This document shows, piece by piece, positions 55,601-64,000 of a stretch of 64,000 nucleotides of DNA (within the stretch, counting starts at the first letter, position 1; every line of letters begins with the position of its first letter). A program made the position numbers and the translations under genes. Under the pieces are notes generated by a model, which did not search any database, had not been told where the DNA came from, and saw only the letters and a list, made by a program, of their open reading frames with translations. The stretch is from positions 39,519 through 103,518 of the forward strand of contig CAYMOB010000005.1 in NCBI GenBank assembly GCA_964391955.1, written 5' to 3'. Source of the stretch: an uncultured Muribaculaceae bacterium (GTDB lineage Bacteria; Bacteroidota; Bacteroidia; Bacteroidales; UBA932).

Positions 55601-56046
55601 TGGAACTTGACATTTTCCCAGCTGAACTTAGGGGACGGGCTATCGAGGTCGGTCAAGTCTTGAAAATGGAACTCTTTCCGGAGGACCGGATCCAGCCGAA
55701 GAACGGCAAGGACTCCAAACTCAAAAGGTTCGTCATAATCGGGAAGACGGAAGATGGCAACGTGCTGGCCGCCCTTCTTGTGAACACCAAGATCAACGAC
55801 AATCTCTTCGCCGTCATTGCCCCTTACCAGCATTTGGTGAAAGCCGAGGGAAATGACTACTTGGATCACGACAGTTACATCGATTGTTACACAGTAAGAG
55901 AGTTCGATGCGTCACGAGTATTGGAGAAGGCTGAGTTCCTCGGAACAGTCAAGGATGATGATCTGGAAGAGTGTTTAGAACACGTCCGCCAATCCCCGGC
56001 TATTAAGCCGTACATTCTGAAGAAATTCCATCTTGACGGGAAATGA
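55597..56046 (+). CDS. putative cognate toxin (MazF/PemK-like pattern)
   Basis: ATGA overlap with the DUF4065 gene. KRFVIIGKTEDG...LLVNT...DHDSYIDCYTVREFDASRV...LGTV resembles MazF-fold layout (by eye). Confidence 0.5.
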   Translation: MMELDIFPAELRGRAIEVGQVLKMELFPEDRIQPKNGKDSKLKRFVIIGKTEDGNVLAALLVNTKINDNLFAVIAPYQHLVKAEGNDYLDHDSYIDCYTVREFDASRVLEKAEFLGTVKDDDLEECLEHVRQSPAIKPYILKKFHLDGK

Positions 56047-56100
56047 AACGTGGATTGATATTTGCAGAAAGCAGATATAATCTGATAGCCAACACGGGAT

Positions 56101-56325
56101 ATGTTTTTCGGATCTTTTGATATTTCAGTCTGGGTGGCGATCATCGTTCTTCTGGTGTTGTTCTGGAAGCCGGTGACGAGCAGGATTCTGCTGTGGGCTT
56201 TCGTCATCGTCACATTCCCTTTCGCACTGATCTGGAAAGGCATCGAGAAGATGGCGGGAATAGACGAGGACAGTGTGGAAAGCTCGGACTACGACAAAAG
56301 CGAACTTGCCCTGAAACGCAAGTAG
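56101..56325 (+). CDS. small membrane protein
   Basis: 74 aa with two predicted TM helices. A second TM-rich frame without an ATG follows, up to 56506. Confidence 0.35.
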   Translation: MFFGSFDISVWVAIIVLLVLFWKPVTSRILLWAFVIVTFPFALIWKGIEKMAGIDEDSVESSDYDKSELALKRK

Positions 56326-56522
56326 CTGGCCAAGAAAGGGGTTCTCGCTGCATCGGGTTTTCTGGGGCTGTTCTCCATCATCCTTTGGAGTTTTATTTTG
56401 TTTGACATTTATAACTGGAAACTGCTTGGAATATTGGCGTTTGTGGATTTGGTTGCGACCGTTGTCATCGCCGTCAAAACGAAGTTCTTCGACCCTCCTG
56501 AATTATAGACAGTTAATACATT

Positions 56523-56559
56523 TGTCCTTTACAGCCGTCTTCGGACGGCTATTTTTGTG
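56523..56559 (+). terminator. intrinsic terminator, copy 1 of twin module
   Basis: TGTCCTTTACAGCCGTC-TTCG-GACGGCTATTTTTGTG. Confidence 0.65.
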
Positions 56560-56579
56560 TCATAAATCCACGTGAAGTT

Positions 56580-59500
56580 ATGGCCAAAAGAATCACAGAC
56601 GAAGACCTCCGGCTGAACCTGATCATCAACGGGGACGGCGGGAGAAAAGAGATGCTGACGCTTGACAGGCAGATGAAAAACCTGCAAGGTACGGTGAAAA
56701 AGACCCGGAAAGAACTTGAGGTAATGGCCGAGTCCGGCAAGAGCGGCTCGACGGAGTACAAGGCACTGACTGCCACTCTCAAGGATCAGGAGAAAGCCTT
56801 GAACGAGTGCCGGGACAAGTACAACAAGCTCCAAAGCGCCATCTCCCTTGAGAACAAGACCCTCGCCGAGTTGCGAAATCACCTGAAGGTGACATCGGCC
56901 GCCCTGAGCAAGGCGGTTCCGGGCACCGAGAACTGGCAGAAGCTGAACGCAGAGGTGCAGCGGACAAAGGCGAGGCTGAAAGAACTGACATCGCAGGCCG
57001 GACAGACAAAGGGAGTTCTTGAAAAGCTGTCAAGCATCAAGGCGGGAGCGGTGGCGGCTTTCGCAGCCGTAGCCGGAGCGATCAGAGGAATCGCAAGTGC
57101 CTTCGGGAAAATCGCCGACTTCGAACAGGCGAACGCCAATCTCTCCACCATCATCAGGAAAAACGTCAAGGACATCGAGGCAATGACCTATTCGGCGATG
57201 GAACTGGGGCGCACCACTGAATATACCGCCTCACAGGTCACGCTGCTTCAGACGGAACTCGCAAAACTCGGTTTCAAGGAAGGTTCGATTATGGCTATGC
57301 AGGAACCCGTCCTGCATTTCGCGACTGCGATCGGAACTACGCTTCCGGAAGCGGCGGCAATGGCTGGAGCGACGCTGAGGATGTTCGGGCTTGAGGCGAA
57401 GGACACCGAGGACACGCTGGCCGTGCTTACGGCCGGTGCGAACAACAGTGCGCTCGGCTTCTCCTACTATCAGACGGCTATGGCCACGGTGGGTCCGGTG
57501 GCCAAGACCTTCGGTTTCTCCCTCAGGGACACGGTGGCGCTGCTCGAAACCCTTGCGAACGCCGGGTTCGACGCATCTTCGGCAGCGACGGCCACAAGGA
57601 ATATCCTGCTAAACCTCGCCGATTCCAGCGGCAAGCTTGCGGTCTCGTTAGGCAAGCCGGTAAGCACCTTCTCCGAACTGATGGAGGGACTGCGACAGCT
57701 GAAGGCGCAAGGGGTTGACCTTAACACTACACTGGAGCTCACTGACAAGAGGTCGGTGTCGGCGTTCAACACGTTCCTTGATGCCGCAGATGCGGCTATG
57801 GAACTGCGGGACTCCCTGAACGACGTCAACGGCGTGTTGGAAACCACGGCCAAGGAGAGAATCAACACGGTCGAGGGGTCCGTCAAGTTGCTACAGTCGG
57901 CCTGGGAGGGGCTGATTCTGTCGTTCAAGGACTCGGCCGGTCCAATCAAGCAGGTGATCGACTGGTTGACGAAATTGGTGGAGGCCGCCACAGGTCTCAT
58001 CCAGATAGGGTCGAAGCAGGAGGCGTTCAAGTTCTACACGGAGGAGTTTGGTCGAATGGGTGCGGATGCCAAAAGCACCATTATTCTAAACAGGCCAGAT
58101 TTGGAGGCAAAGGTGGCGGAACGTCAGGCGGAAATGGCCAACTGGAGCAAGTTCAGGCGATGGTTCAGTATGGGATGGGGATTGAAGCGAGCCCAGAATG
58201 ACCTCGAAGGCTTCAACCTTGCGGCGGCACAGTACGAGAACGAGTCCCTGTCATCGGAGGAAACCGCTCCTGACGATGACAGGGACACGAGAGCCGCGAA
58301 CGGTAGTGCCACCACAAGCAAGACCAATGGGATAAAACAATGGACACTGAGCCGTGACGAGGCGTACCTTAAGGCGAGGGCGGAGCTGACGAGGATGTAC
58401 AATGAGAAGGAGATTGGTTCGCAGGAGGAATATGGCGAGAGGATCTACCAGCTGGAGGTGGCGACGCTGACGGCGAGGCTGGCGACGCGGAAGGATTCGG
58501 GGGCGGCTCGGGCTAAGATTGAGAACGACCTTCAGGACAAGGTCAAGAAGCATTCGGAGGACGCTCTGAAAAGGCAGCAGGAGAACGAGAAGAAGGCGGG
58601 CGAGTTAGTCAAGGATGGGGCGGCGGTCATCGCGGCGGCGGAGACGGACAAGACCAAGGCGGCGCTCGCGGCCGAGGAGACCAGGTACGCCGCCGAACTG
58701 AAGAAGTTCAAGGACACCAAGGTTCAGTACGAGAATCAGGCAGCGGTGCTTGAGGCGATCGAGAAGAAGCATCAGAATGCGCTGCTGAAGATAAAGGAGG
58801 AAGCCTCGAATCGAGAGTTGTCGATTTTGGAAAATGAACACAATGTAAAACGGCAGGAAATATTGCGAAAGTACGCCGAGGCTACCGCAAAAGAACGCCC
58901 CAACTCTGTTACATTATCGAAAGCCAAAAGAACAATGGATGACAATCTGATTGAAGAGGATTTAAGATACTTGAATCTTCTGCAAGCCGAACTGGAAAAA
59001 ATTAAAGCAGAGGGCGGCTTTGATGGCTTGAAACTGTCTCCGGAAGAATTGGCTAAATATGAACTGAAGCTGGAGCAGACAATCACGAAGATTAACGAGA
59101 CAACTGCCAAGAAAAACAAGAGTGAAGCTGGAATATTCGGGGGCAATGGCAAGGGCGAGCTTTTCGGTGTCTCGCAGGAGCAGTGGAATCAACTTTTCGC
59201 CAATATTGCGGCAGGAAAGACGGGAACGGATGACCTGATGGCGGCATTGGCGGGAATCGGCGGAGCGGCGCAGGAGGGGTTCAAGCTGGCCAGTCAGGCG
59301 ATTTCGCTCACTAATGCGAAAGAGCAGCAGCAGTTCAAGCAGTACCAGAAGGACAACGAGAAGAAAAAGAAAGCCCTGAAATCCAGATACGATGACGGGC
59401 TGATCTCCCAGGAGCAGTACAATGCCAGGGTCGAGGAGATGGAAGCCGAGGAGGAGGCCAGACGTGAGGAGATGGAGATCAAGCAGGCTAAGCGAGCCAA

Positions 59501-60167
59501 GGCCTTGAGCTTGTCCCAGGCGATCATCAACACCTCACTTGCCGTGATGAAGACCTACGCCGCCTGGGGCGGATGGCCGGCCGGTGTGGCTCCGGCGGCC
59601 ATAATGGCGGCTCTTGGCGCGGCTCAGGCGGCGATGATCGCAGCCCAGCCGGTCGGAGCGGAGGAAGGCGGATTCGTCGATGTACGGAGGGCGCAGGACG
59701 GCAAGGCGTTCAAAGCCCGGCTCTCTCCGGACAAGCGCGGGTTCGTCTCGTCGCCCACCGTGCTTGTCGGAGAGAACGGCGGGGAATATGTGATCCCGGC
59801 GGAGGGGCTTAGCAATCCGTCGCTGCTTCCGTTTGTGGCCACACTGGAGGAGGCCCGCAAGGCGGGGACGCTCAGGAGCCTGAACTTCGAGGCGGTCTAT
59901 CCGGTCGGATCGACGGTCGGAAGGGAGATCGGAGGATTCGCGGGGAATGCGGCCGGGACTCAGGTCGCTTCGACCGGCTCGGTGACCGCAGGCGGCGCTT
60001 CGACGGACTCTGCGACCGACCGGAAATTGCTTGAGGCCATCGAGCTTTTGAACCAGAGGCTTTCAGCGCCGATCAAGGCCGATGTGTCGATGCTCGGAAA
60101 GAACGGCATCATCGAGCAGACGGAGAGGTACAACCGGGCGAAACGCAGGGCCACTTACGGAAAATAG
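56580..60167 (+). CDS. phage tail tape measure protein
   Basis: 1195 aa; coiled-coil N-terminus, TP901-type core (MELGRTTEYTASQV...AAMAGATLRMFGL), long Ala/Glu/Lys helical stretches. Confidence 0.9.
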   Translation: MAKRITDEDLRLNLIINGDGGRKEMLTLDRQMKNLQGTVKKTRKELEVMAESGKSGSTEYKALTATLKDQEKALNECRDKYNKLQSAISLENKTLAELRNHLKVTSAALSKAVPGTENWQKLNAEVQRTKARLKELTSQAGQTKGVLEKLSSIKAGAVAAFAAVAGAIRGIASAFGKIADFEQANANLSTIIRKNVKDIEAMTYSAMELGRTTEYTASQVTLLQTELAKLGFKEGSIMAMQEPVLHFATAIGTTLPEAAAMAGATLRMFGLEAKDTEDTLAVLTAGANNSALGFSYYQTAMATVGPVAKTFGFSLRDTVALLETLANAGFDASSAATATRNILLNLADSSGKLAVSLGKPVSTFSELMEGLRQLKAQGVDLNTTLELTDKRSVSAFNTFLDAADAAMELRDSLNDVNGVLETTAKERINTVEGSVKLLQSAWEGLILSFKDSAGPIKQVIDWLTKLVEAATGLIQIGSKQEAFKFYTEEFGRMGADAKSTIILNRPDLEAKVAERQAEMANWSKFRRWFSMGWGLKRAQNDLEGFNLAAAQYENESLSSEETAPDDDRDTRAANGSATTSKTNGIKQWTLSRDEAYLKARAELTRMYNEKEIGSQEEYGERIYQLEVATLTARLATRKDSGAARAKIENDLQDKVKKHSEDALKRQQENEKKAGELVKDGAAVIAAAETDKTKAALAAEETRYAAELKKFKDTKVQYENQAAVLEAIEKKHQNALLKIKEEASNRELSILENEHNVKRQEILRKYAEATAKERPNSVTLSKAKRTMDDNLIEEDLRYLNLLQAELEKIKAEGGFDGLKLSPEELAKYELKLEQTITKINETTAKKNKSEAGIFGGNGKGELFGVSQEQWNQLFANIAAGKTGTDDLMAALAGIGGAAQEGFKLASQAISLTNAKEQQQFKQYQKDNEKKKKALKSRYDDGLISQEQYNARVEEMEAEEEARREEMEIKQAKRAKALSLSQAIINTSLAVMKTYAAWGGWPAGVAPAAIMAALGAAQAAMIAAQPVGAEEGGFVDVRRAQDGKAFKARLSPDKRGFVSSPTVLVGENGGEYVIPAEGLSNPSLLPFVATLEEARKAGTLRSLNFEAVYPVGSTVGREIGGFAGNAAGTQVASTGSVTAGGASTDSATDRKLLEAIELLNQRLSAPIKADVSMLGKNGIIEQTERYNRAKRRATYGK

Positions 60168-60298
60168 AGCTATTTTTCCGGCAAAATGCTTTGAAATCTG
60201 AAAAAGATGTCGCATCTTTGCGATGCGTACTACATACTTAGCATCTCTTACGGCGACTTTCCGTAAAAGATTGCATCATATTATTAAAGGGAAATTTT

Positions 60299-60410
60299 AC
60301 CCTCCGTATGGTCGTTGTGGGCGAAAGCCACAACAGCATCCGCCGCAAGGCAGGTATGTGGTACGCAGACCTTAGCGGAGGGTTTAATATTAATTAGTTA
60401 TGCGTACCAC
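60299..60410 (+). promoter_or_regulatory. structured leader RNA candidate sequestering the start codon of ORF 60400
   Basis: P1 ACCCTCCG/CGGAGGGT, two hairpins with GNRA-type loops, and GTGGTACGCA (60358-60367) complementary to TGCGTACCAC (60401-60410). Confidence 0.4.
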
Positions 60411-60696
60411 TAATTCAAACAATGCGGCAAGCGCCGCCACGAGCCTCGGAGGCTCACAAATCGGAGCCGACTCCTTCATCATCGGAACCAGAATTGAATT
60501 GTTCAAAATTGCCGACCGCTTCGCCGAGTGGGAAAGACGGATGGGAGAGAGCAAGGAGGGGCTGATGGACGGACGGCTCGACAACGAGATCCGGACGATG
60601 AACGTGGCCTTCTACCAGCTTGACGAGGCTCTGAAGAAGATTCTCGGCAAGGAGCTGGAGTTCGACATCCTCCGCTACGACAAGACCGCGGAGTGA
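60400..60696 (+). CDS. hypothetical protein
   Basis: 98 aa. Confidence 0.45.
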   Translation: MRTTNSNNAASAATSLGGSQIGADSFIIGTRIELFKIADRFAEWERRMGESKEGLMDGRLDNEIRTMNVAFYQLDEALKKILGKELEFDILRYDKTAE

Positions 60697-60736
60697 TTTT
60701 TGCAAGTGACACACTGACACTTAATTCGAGACGAGT

Positions 60737-61276
60737 ATGAGAAAGATGATCTTAGCCGTGATTGTCGTCCTGCTTGCGGGATGCTGCGGGACTTGCTTCG
60801 GGAGGAAGCTCGTGGAGCCGGACACGCTGACGTTCAAGAAGACTTATTCGATGCCCGGGATGGCGGAGGACGAGATTTACATATTCACTGCCGGTTGGGA
60901 AGAATCTTGGATGGAGTTTGACGGAATGTATGATGGTAAATACGGGACAGAGGGCAAATCTTACGTCTGTAGATTCTACGGAGAGAAACTGGACAAAGTC
61001 ACAGCCAATATATTTCCGAGGGTCTATCTGATTTTCACGGATGGTTCTTTCGACCTAATATTCACTGACATTTCAGCCAGTTGGAGATACAATTACATTG
61101 ACCACCTGTCCTCGATGGATGACAGGTTCAACAGGAACGTCTTTTGGCGGATGTCGTACAGCCAGAAAATCCTTGACCAGATCAGGGAACACTCAAAGGA
61201 ACTTTTTGAATTGGTCGTCGCCTCGATGGACGAGTACCTCAAGGTCGGCCCGCCCGTGGAACTGGAAAAGATCTGA
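60737..61276 (+). CDS. lipoprotein of unknown function
   Basis: MRKMILAVIVVLLAGCCG lipobox; 179 aa. Confidence 0.6.
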   Translation: MRKMILAVIVVLLAGCCGTCFGRKLVEPDTLTFKKTYSMPGMAEDEIYIFTAGWEESWMEFDGMYDGKYGTEGKSYVCRFYGEKLDKVTANIFPRVYLIFTDGSFDLIFTDISASWRYNYIDHLSSMDDRFNRNVFWRMSYSQKILDQIREHSKELFELVVASMDEYLKVGPPVELEKI

Positions 61277-61284
61277 CGGAAGAA

Positions 61285-61321
61285 TGTCCTTTACAGCCGC
61301 CTTCGGGCGGCTATTTTTGTG
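61285..61321 (+). terminator. intrinsic terminator, copy 2 of twin module
   Basis: TGTCCTTTACAGCCGCC-TTCG-GGCGGCTATTTTTGTG; differs from copy 1 only by a compensatory stem pair. Confidence 0.65.
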
Positions 61322-61339
61322 CCGTAAAAAGCGCACAAA

Positions 61340-62188
61340 ATGGTCAGGATATTGACGAAGGACTACACGGAACTGGATCTCACGAAGGGCTACGAGTTCC
61401 AGATAGAGATGGAGAACCCGATGCTGGACGAGGAGCATATTCCCTCGGCGTTCAGCACGCAGATCTCGTTCCCGCCGAGCGAGGTGAACAGGAAGGTGTT
61501 CGGGTACACCCCGGCGATGTTTTTTGCGCCCAACGTGAAGAGGCTTGAGGCTACGGTGTGGATCGGCGGCGTGCCGTTCGTCAGCGGGACGCTGGTCTAT
61601 GACGGCATAGAAGACGGCTGCCTGATGTACACATTTACGGAGAAGGTCGCCGAGCTGGACGGGAAGATCTGGGAGAAAGGTCTGCTGGAGTTCAGCACAA
61701 GGACGATTCCGAAGGCGCCCGGGAAGTTCACCACTCCCCTGCTCATCAACAAGAACCAGGTGGCGGTGCAGCCATATTCCAAGGCAAGCAGGGTTCCCGT
61801 GTCAGGAGAACCGGGAGGCCCCGGTTCCACGTCCGGCCAGCTGAGCGAGGATGACTATCTCTACCGGCAGAAGTACTTCAACTATGTCAACGCCTCCGAG
61901 TCGTTTCCCTACCGGACGTTCATCCCGGCGATTCCGGTGAGGGTCATCCTTCAGGGATGCCCTGTCAGCGTCCCTGAAGGGCTGCTTCTCGGGGACGGAT
62001 GGGCGGAGGTCTCCATACTCGGGAGATACCACGAGTTCCTGTTCGACGATGTGGTCAAGCCGAACAGCTGGCGCAATGCCGGCACATCCACGGGGACTTC
62101 AACAAGCGTCTCCGGCCGCCGCTCCGCATCGACGGGCAAGCCGGTGAGGGTCTCGACTGGCGGTGGCGCGGCCAAGACCGACCTTTGA
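61340..62188 (+). CDS. hypothetical tail-module protein (post-tape-measure position)
   Basis: 282 aa; the C-terminal ~35 aa are low-complexity Gly/Ser/Thr/Arg and overlap the integrase stump antisense. Confidence 0.5.
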   Translation: MVRILTKDYTELDLTKGYEFQIEMENPMLDEEHIPSAFSTQISFPPSEVNRKVFGYTPAMFFAPNVKRLEATVWIGGVPFVSGTLVYDGIEDGCLMYTFTEKVAELDGKIWEKGLLEFSTRTIPKAPGKFTTPLLINKNQVAVQPYSKASRVPVSGEPGGPGSTSGQLSEDDYLYRQKYFNYVNASESFPYRTFIPAIPVRVILQGCPVSVPEGLLLGDGWAEVSILGRYHEFLFDDVVKPNSWRNAGTSTGTSTSVSGRRSASTGKPVRVSTGGGAAKTDL

Positions 62189-62324
62189 TTTTCGGGACAG
62201 CGACCCTCTTTCTTTTCAGACGGCCGGACTCAGGGTCAAGACAATAGAATTCAACATACCAACGCTTTCCTTCGGCGACTTTCGCCGGAATAAAGCCATT
62301 CGACGCGCGGAGACTGGAAGACAT
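62181..62324 (-). pseudogene. tyrosine integrase, N-terminal remnant only
   Basis: ATG 62324: MSSSLRASNGFIPAKVAEGKRWYVEFYCLDPESGRLKRKRVAVPKIKG, an arm-type DNA-binding pattern of Bacteroidota integrases; no catalytic domain follows. Confidence 0.55.
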
Positions 62325-62349
62325 TTTTTTTGTTGGGAGATTTTTTAGG

Positions 62350-62472
62350 TCTCCCAGCAAAGGTTTGACTGGAATCGGCGCAGACAGCGATTTTTTTTGG
62401 CGCAAATCTGGCGCAACGTTATAAGCAATTTTGCCGTAACTTCTTGACTTACAAGAACTTACGGCAAATTCG

Positions 62473-62486
<14 letters not shown>
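62350..62486. repeat. right 137-bp direct repeat (attR-like)
   Basis: 135/137 identical to 39816-39952; overlaps the last 14 nt of tRNA-fMet. Confidence 0.9.
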
Positions 62487-62545
<59 letters not shown>

Positions 62546-62556
62546 ATGTTGGAACA

Positions 62557-62587
62557 CAAAGATAAGGAGATTTCCCGAATATGCAAA
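62557..62587 (-). promoter_or_regulatory. tRNA-fMet promoter (-33 TTTG, -7 TATCTTTG)
   Basis: TATCTTTG is rc of 62557-62564, 11 nt upstream of the tRNA 5' end; TTTG is rc of 62584-62587. Confidence 0.45.
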
Positions 62588-62645
62588 ATTTATTTCCAAA
62601 AAATTCTGCCCATTTCGCAAAATTCACCTTATCTGTTCTGGAAAC

Positions 62646-64000
62646 TCACTGAATATTCATGAATTCCTTCATTCCCGCAATGTCGGTCTTGGCGAACTGT
62701 CTCTGCTCTCCGGTGTCGAGGCTCTTTATCTGGATGATTCCGGCTTCAGACTCGTCACCTCCGTTGATGGAAAGGAACGGTATCGCCTTCTTCCGGGCAT
62801 AGTCAAACTGCTTCTTGAGTTTGGACGGTTCAGGATAGACCTCGACGGACACCCCTTCAGAACGCAACGCGGCGGCCACAGGAAGGACATATCGAAGCTC
62901 GCCAGCTCCCATACATGCGAAAAGAAGCGTGGTGCTTGAGGCAAGAGACTTAGGGAATTTGTCAAGCCCCTTGAGAACATCGTAGATTCTGTCGGCCCCG
63001 AAACTGATTCCGACACCGGACATGTCCGGAAGACCGAATATTCCGGTAAGGTTGTCGTAACGTCCCCCTCCGCAAATACTTCCGATCTGATAATCCAGAG
63101 CCTTGACCTCAAAGATCGCTCCGGTGTAGTAGTTAAGGCCGCGGGCAAGTGAAAGGTCTATCTCCACCGGACACCGGACACCGGCCGCATCCATCAGACC
63201 GAACAGTTCCTCCAGCTCGTCAAGTCCCCTGAGTCCTGTCTCGGAGACAACGCCGGAAGCTGAGCCGCCACTCATAAGGGAGCGGATGGAAGCCAGCTTC
63301 TCGGAAGTCGAACCGGTCAGTTTCAGAATCTGCTCTATGACAGCTATGGCGCTGTCGGTAAGACCCTTTCCGCGCATCTCGTCCTCCACGCCCTCCAGGC
63401 CTATCTTGTCAAGTTTGTCAATCGCCACGGTGATGTCCACAACCTTGTCAGGGAAACCGCAGATTTCGGCGAAACCTGTAAGTACCTTACGGTTGTTAAT
63501 CTTGACGAGGACGTTCACATCCAGCAGGCTGAAAACCTTATCGACAATCTGGACGAGCTCAAGCTCGTTGACCTGGGACTTGCTGCCGATGACATCCACA
63601 TCGCACTGGTAGAACTCGCGGTAACGTCCTTTCTGAGGCCTGTCCGCCCTCCATACCGGCTGAATCTGGAAACGCTTGAACGGGAAGGAAATCTCGTTCT
63701 GATGCTGGACGACGAAACGGGCGAAAGGCACGGTAAGGTCATAGCGAAGCCCCTTCTCACAGACATCCTTGGAGAGAGCGGCACTGTTGACGCCACCGTC
63801 CTCGGTACGGTAATTCCCGAAATCGACCTTCGAGAAGCAATCTCCCGAATTCAAGACCCTGAACAGAAGCTTGTCACCCTCCTCGCCGTATTTGCCAAGC
63901 AAAGTCGAAAGATTCTCCATCGCCGGAGTCTCAATCTGCGAATAGCCGAATGTCCTGAAGACTCTTTTGATTGTGTCAAAGATATAATTCCTTTCGGCCA
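62646..64000 (-). CDS. hisS: histidine--tRNA ligase (5' end beyond window)
   Basis: The frame stays open upstream of the track ATG: ...[40 protein letters not shown]. Class II motifs, GGGRYD. Confidence 0.9.
   Translation of the reverse strand, partial: AERNYIFDTIKRVFRTFGYSQIETPAMENLSTLLGKYGEEGDKLLFRVLNSGDCFSKVDFGNYRTEDGGVNSAALSKDVCEKGLRYDLTVPFARFVVQHQNEISFPFKRFQIQPVWRADRPQKGRYREFYQCDVDVIGSKSQVNELELVQIVDKVFSLLDVNVLVKINNRKVLTGFAEICGFPDKVVDITVAIDKLDKIGLEGVEDEMRGKGLTDSAIAVIEQILKLTGSTSEKLASIRSLMSGGSASGVVSETGLRGLDELEELFGLMDAAGVRCPVEIDLSLARGLNYYTGAIFEVKALDYQIGSICGGGRYDNLTGIFGLPDMSGVGISFGADRIYDVLKGLDKFPKSLASSTTLLFACMGAGELRYVLPVAAALRSEGVSVEVYPEPSKLKKQFDYARKKAIPFLSINGGDESEAGIIQIKSLDTGEQRQFAKTDIAGMKEFMNIQ

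Noticed and set aside
56330-56506. TM-rich frame (…GFLGLFSIILWSFILFDIYNWKLLGILAFVDLVATVVIAVK…) after ORF 56101..56325
   Set aside because: It has no ATG, and only a near-cognate start is possible. It is mentioned under the DUF4065 cassette finding but not called as a CDS.

Overview
This is a Bacteroidales-type chromosome segment, judged from -33 TTTG / -7 TAnnTTTG promoter boxes, many lipoproteins and Bacteroidota-specific DUF families. All family assignments come from reading the translations; no searches were run.

Positions 1-39.8 kb are mostly housekeeping genes: def-ruvX, M23 peptidase-dxr-rseP, rpsT, tRNA-Glu/Pro/Leu, nrdDG, deoC, pheT, ftsY, rpmB-rpmG, lepB and thrS-infC-rpmI-rplT. They are followed by a tightly packed 7-gene minus-strand operon of surface proteins: one fimbrillin-like, two DUF4493, two PCMD and two small outer-membrane barrels.

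Positions 39.8-62.5 kb are a 22.5-kb phage-derived island next to tRNA-fMet, bounded by 137-bp direct repeats. It carries:
- a 1068-aa primase-helicase;
- a 13-copy octamer iteron array;
- an S49 protease and a tape measure protein;
- only a 48-codon integrase stump;
- an unusually dense accessory load: two HicAB cassettes flanked by duplications, a Gp49/HigB-like toxin + XRE antitoxin + SecB-like chaperone candidate whose toxin is interrupted at an A_AAG_GGC heptamer, a DUF4065 (Panacea) antitoxin pair, and an AT-rich DUF4417 three-gene cassette of unknown function.

hisS runs off the right edge.
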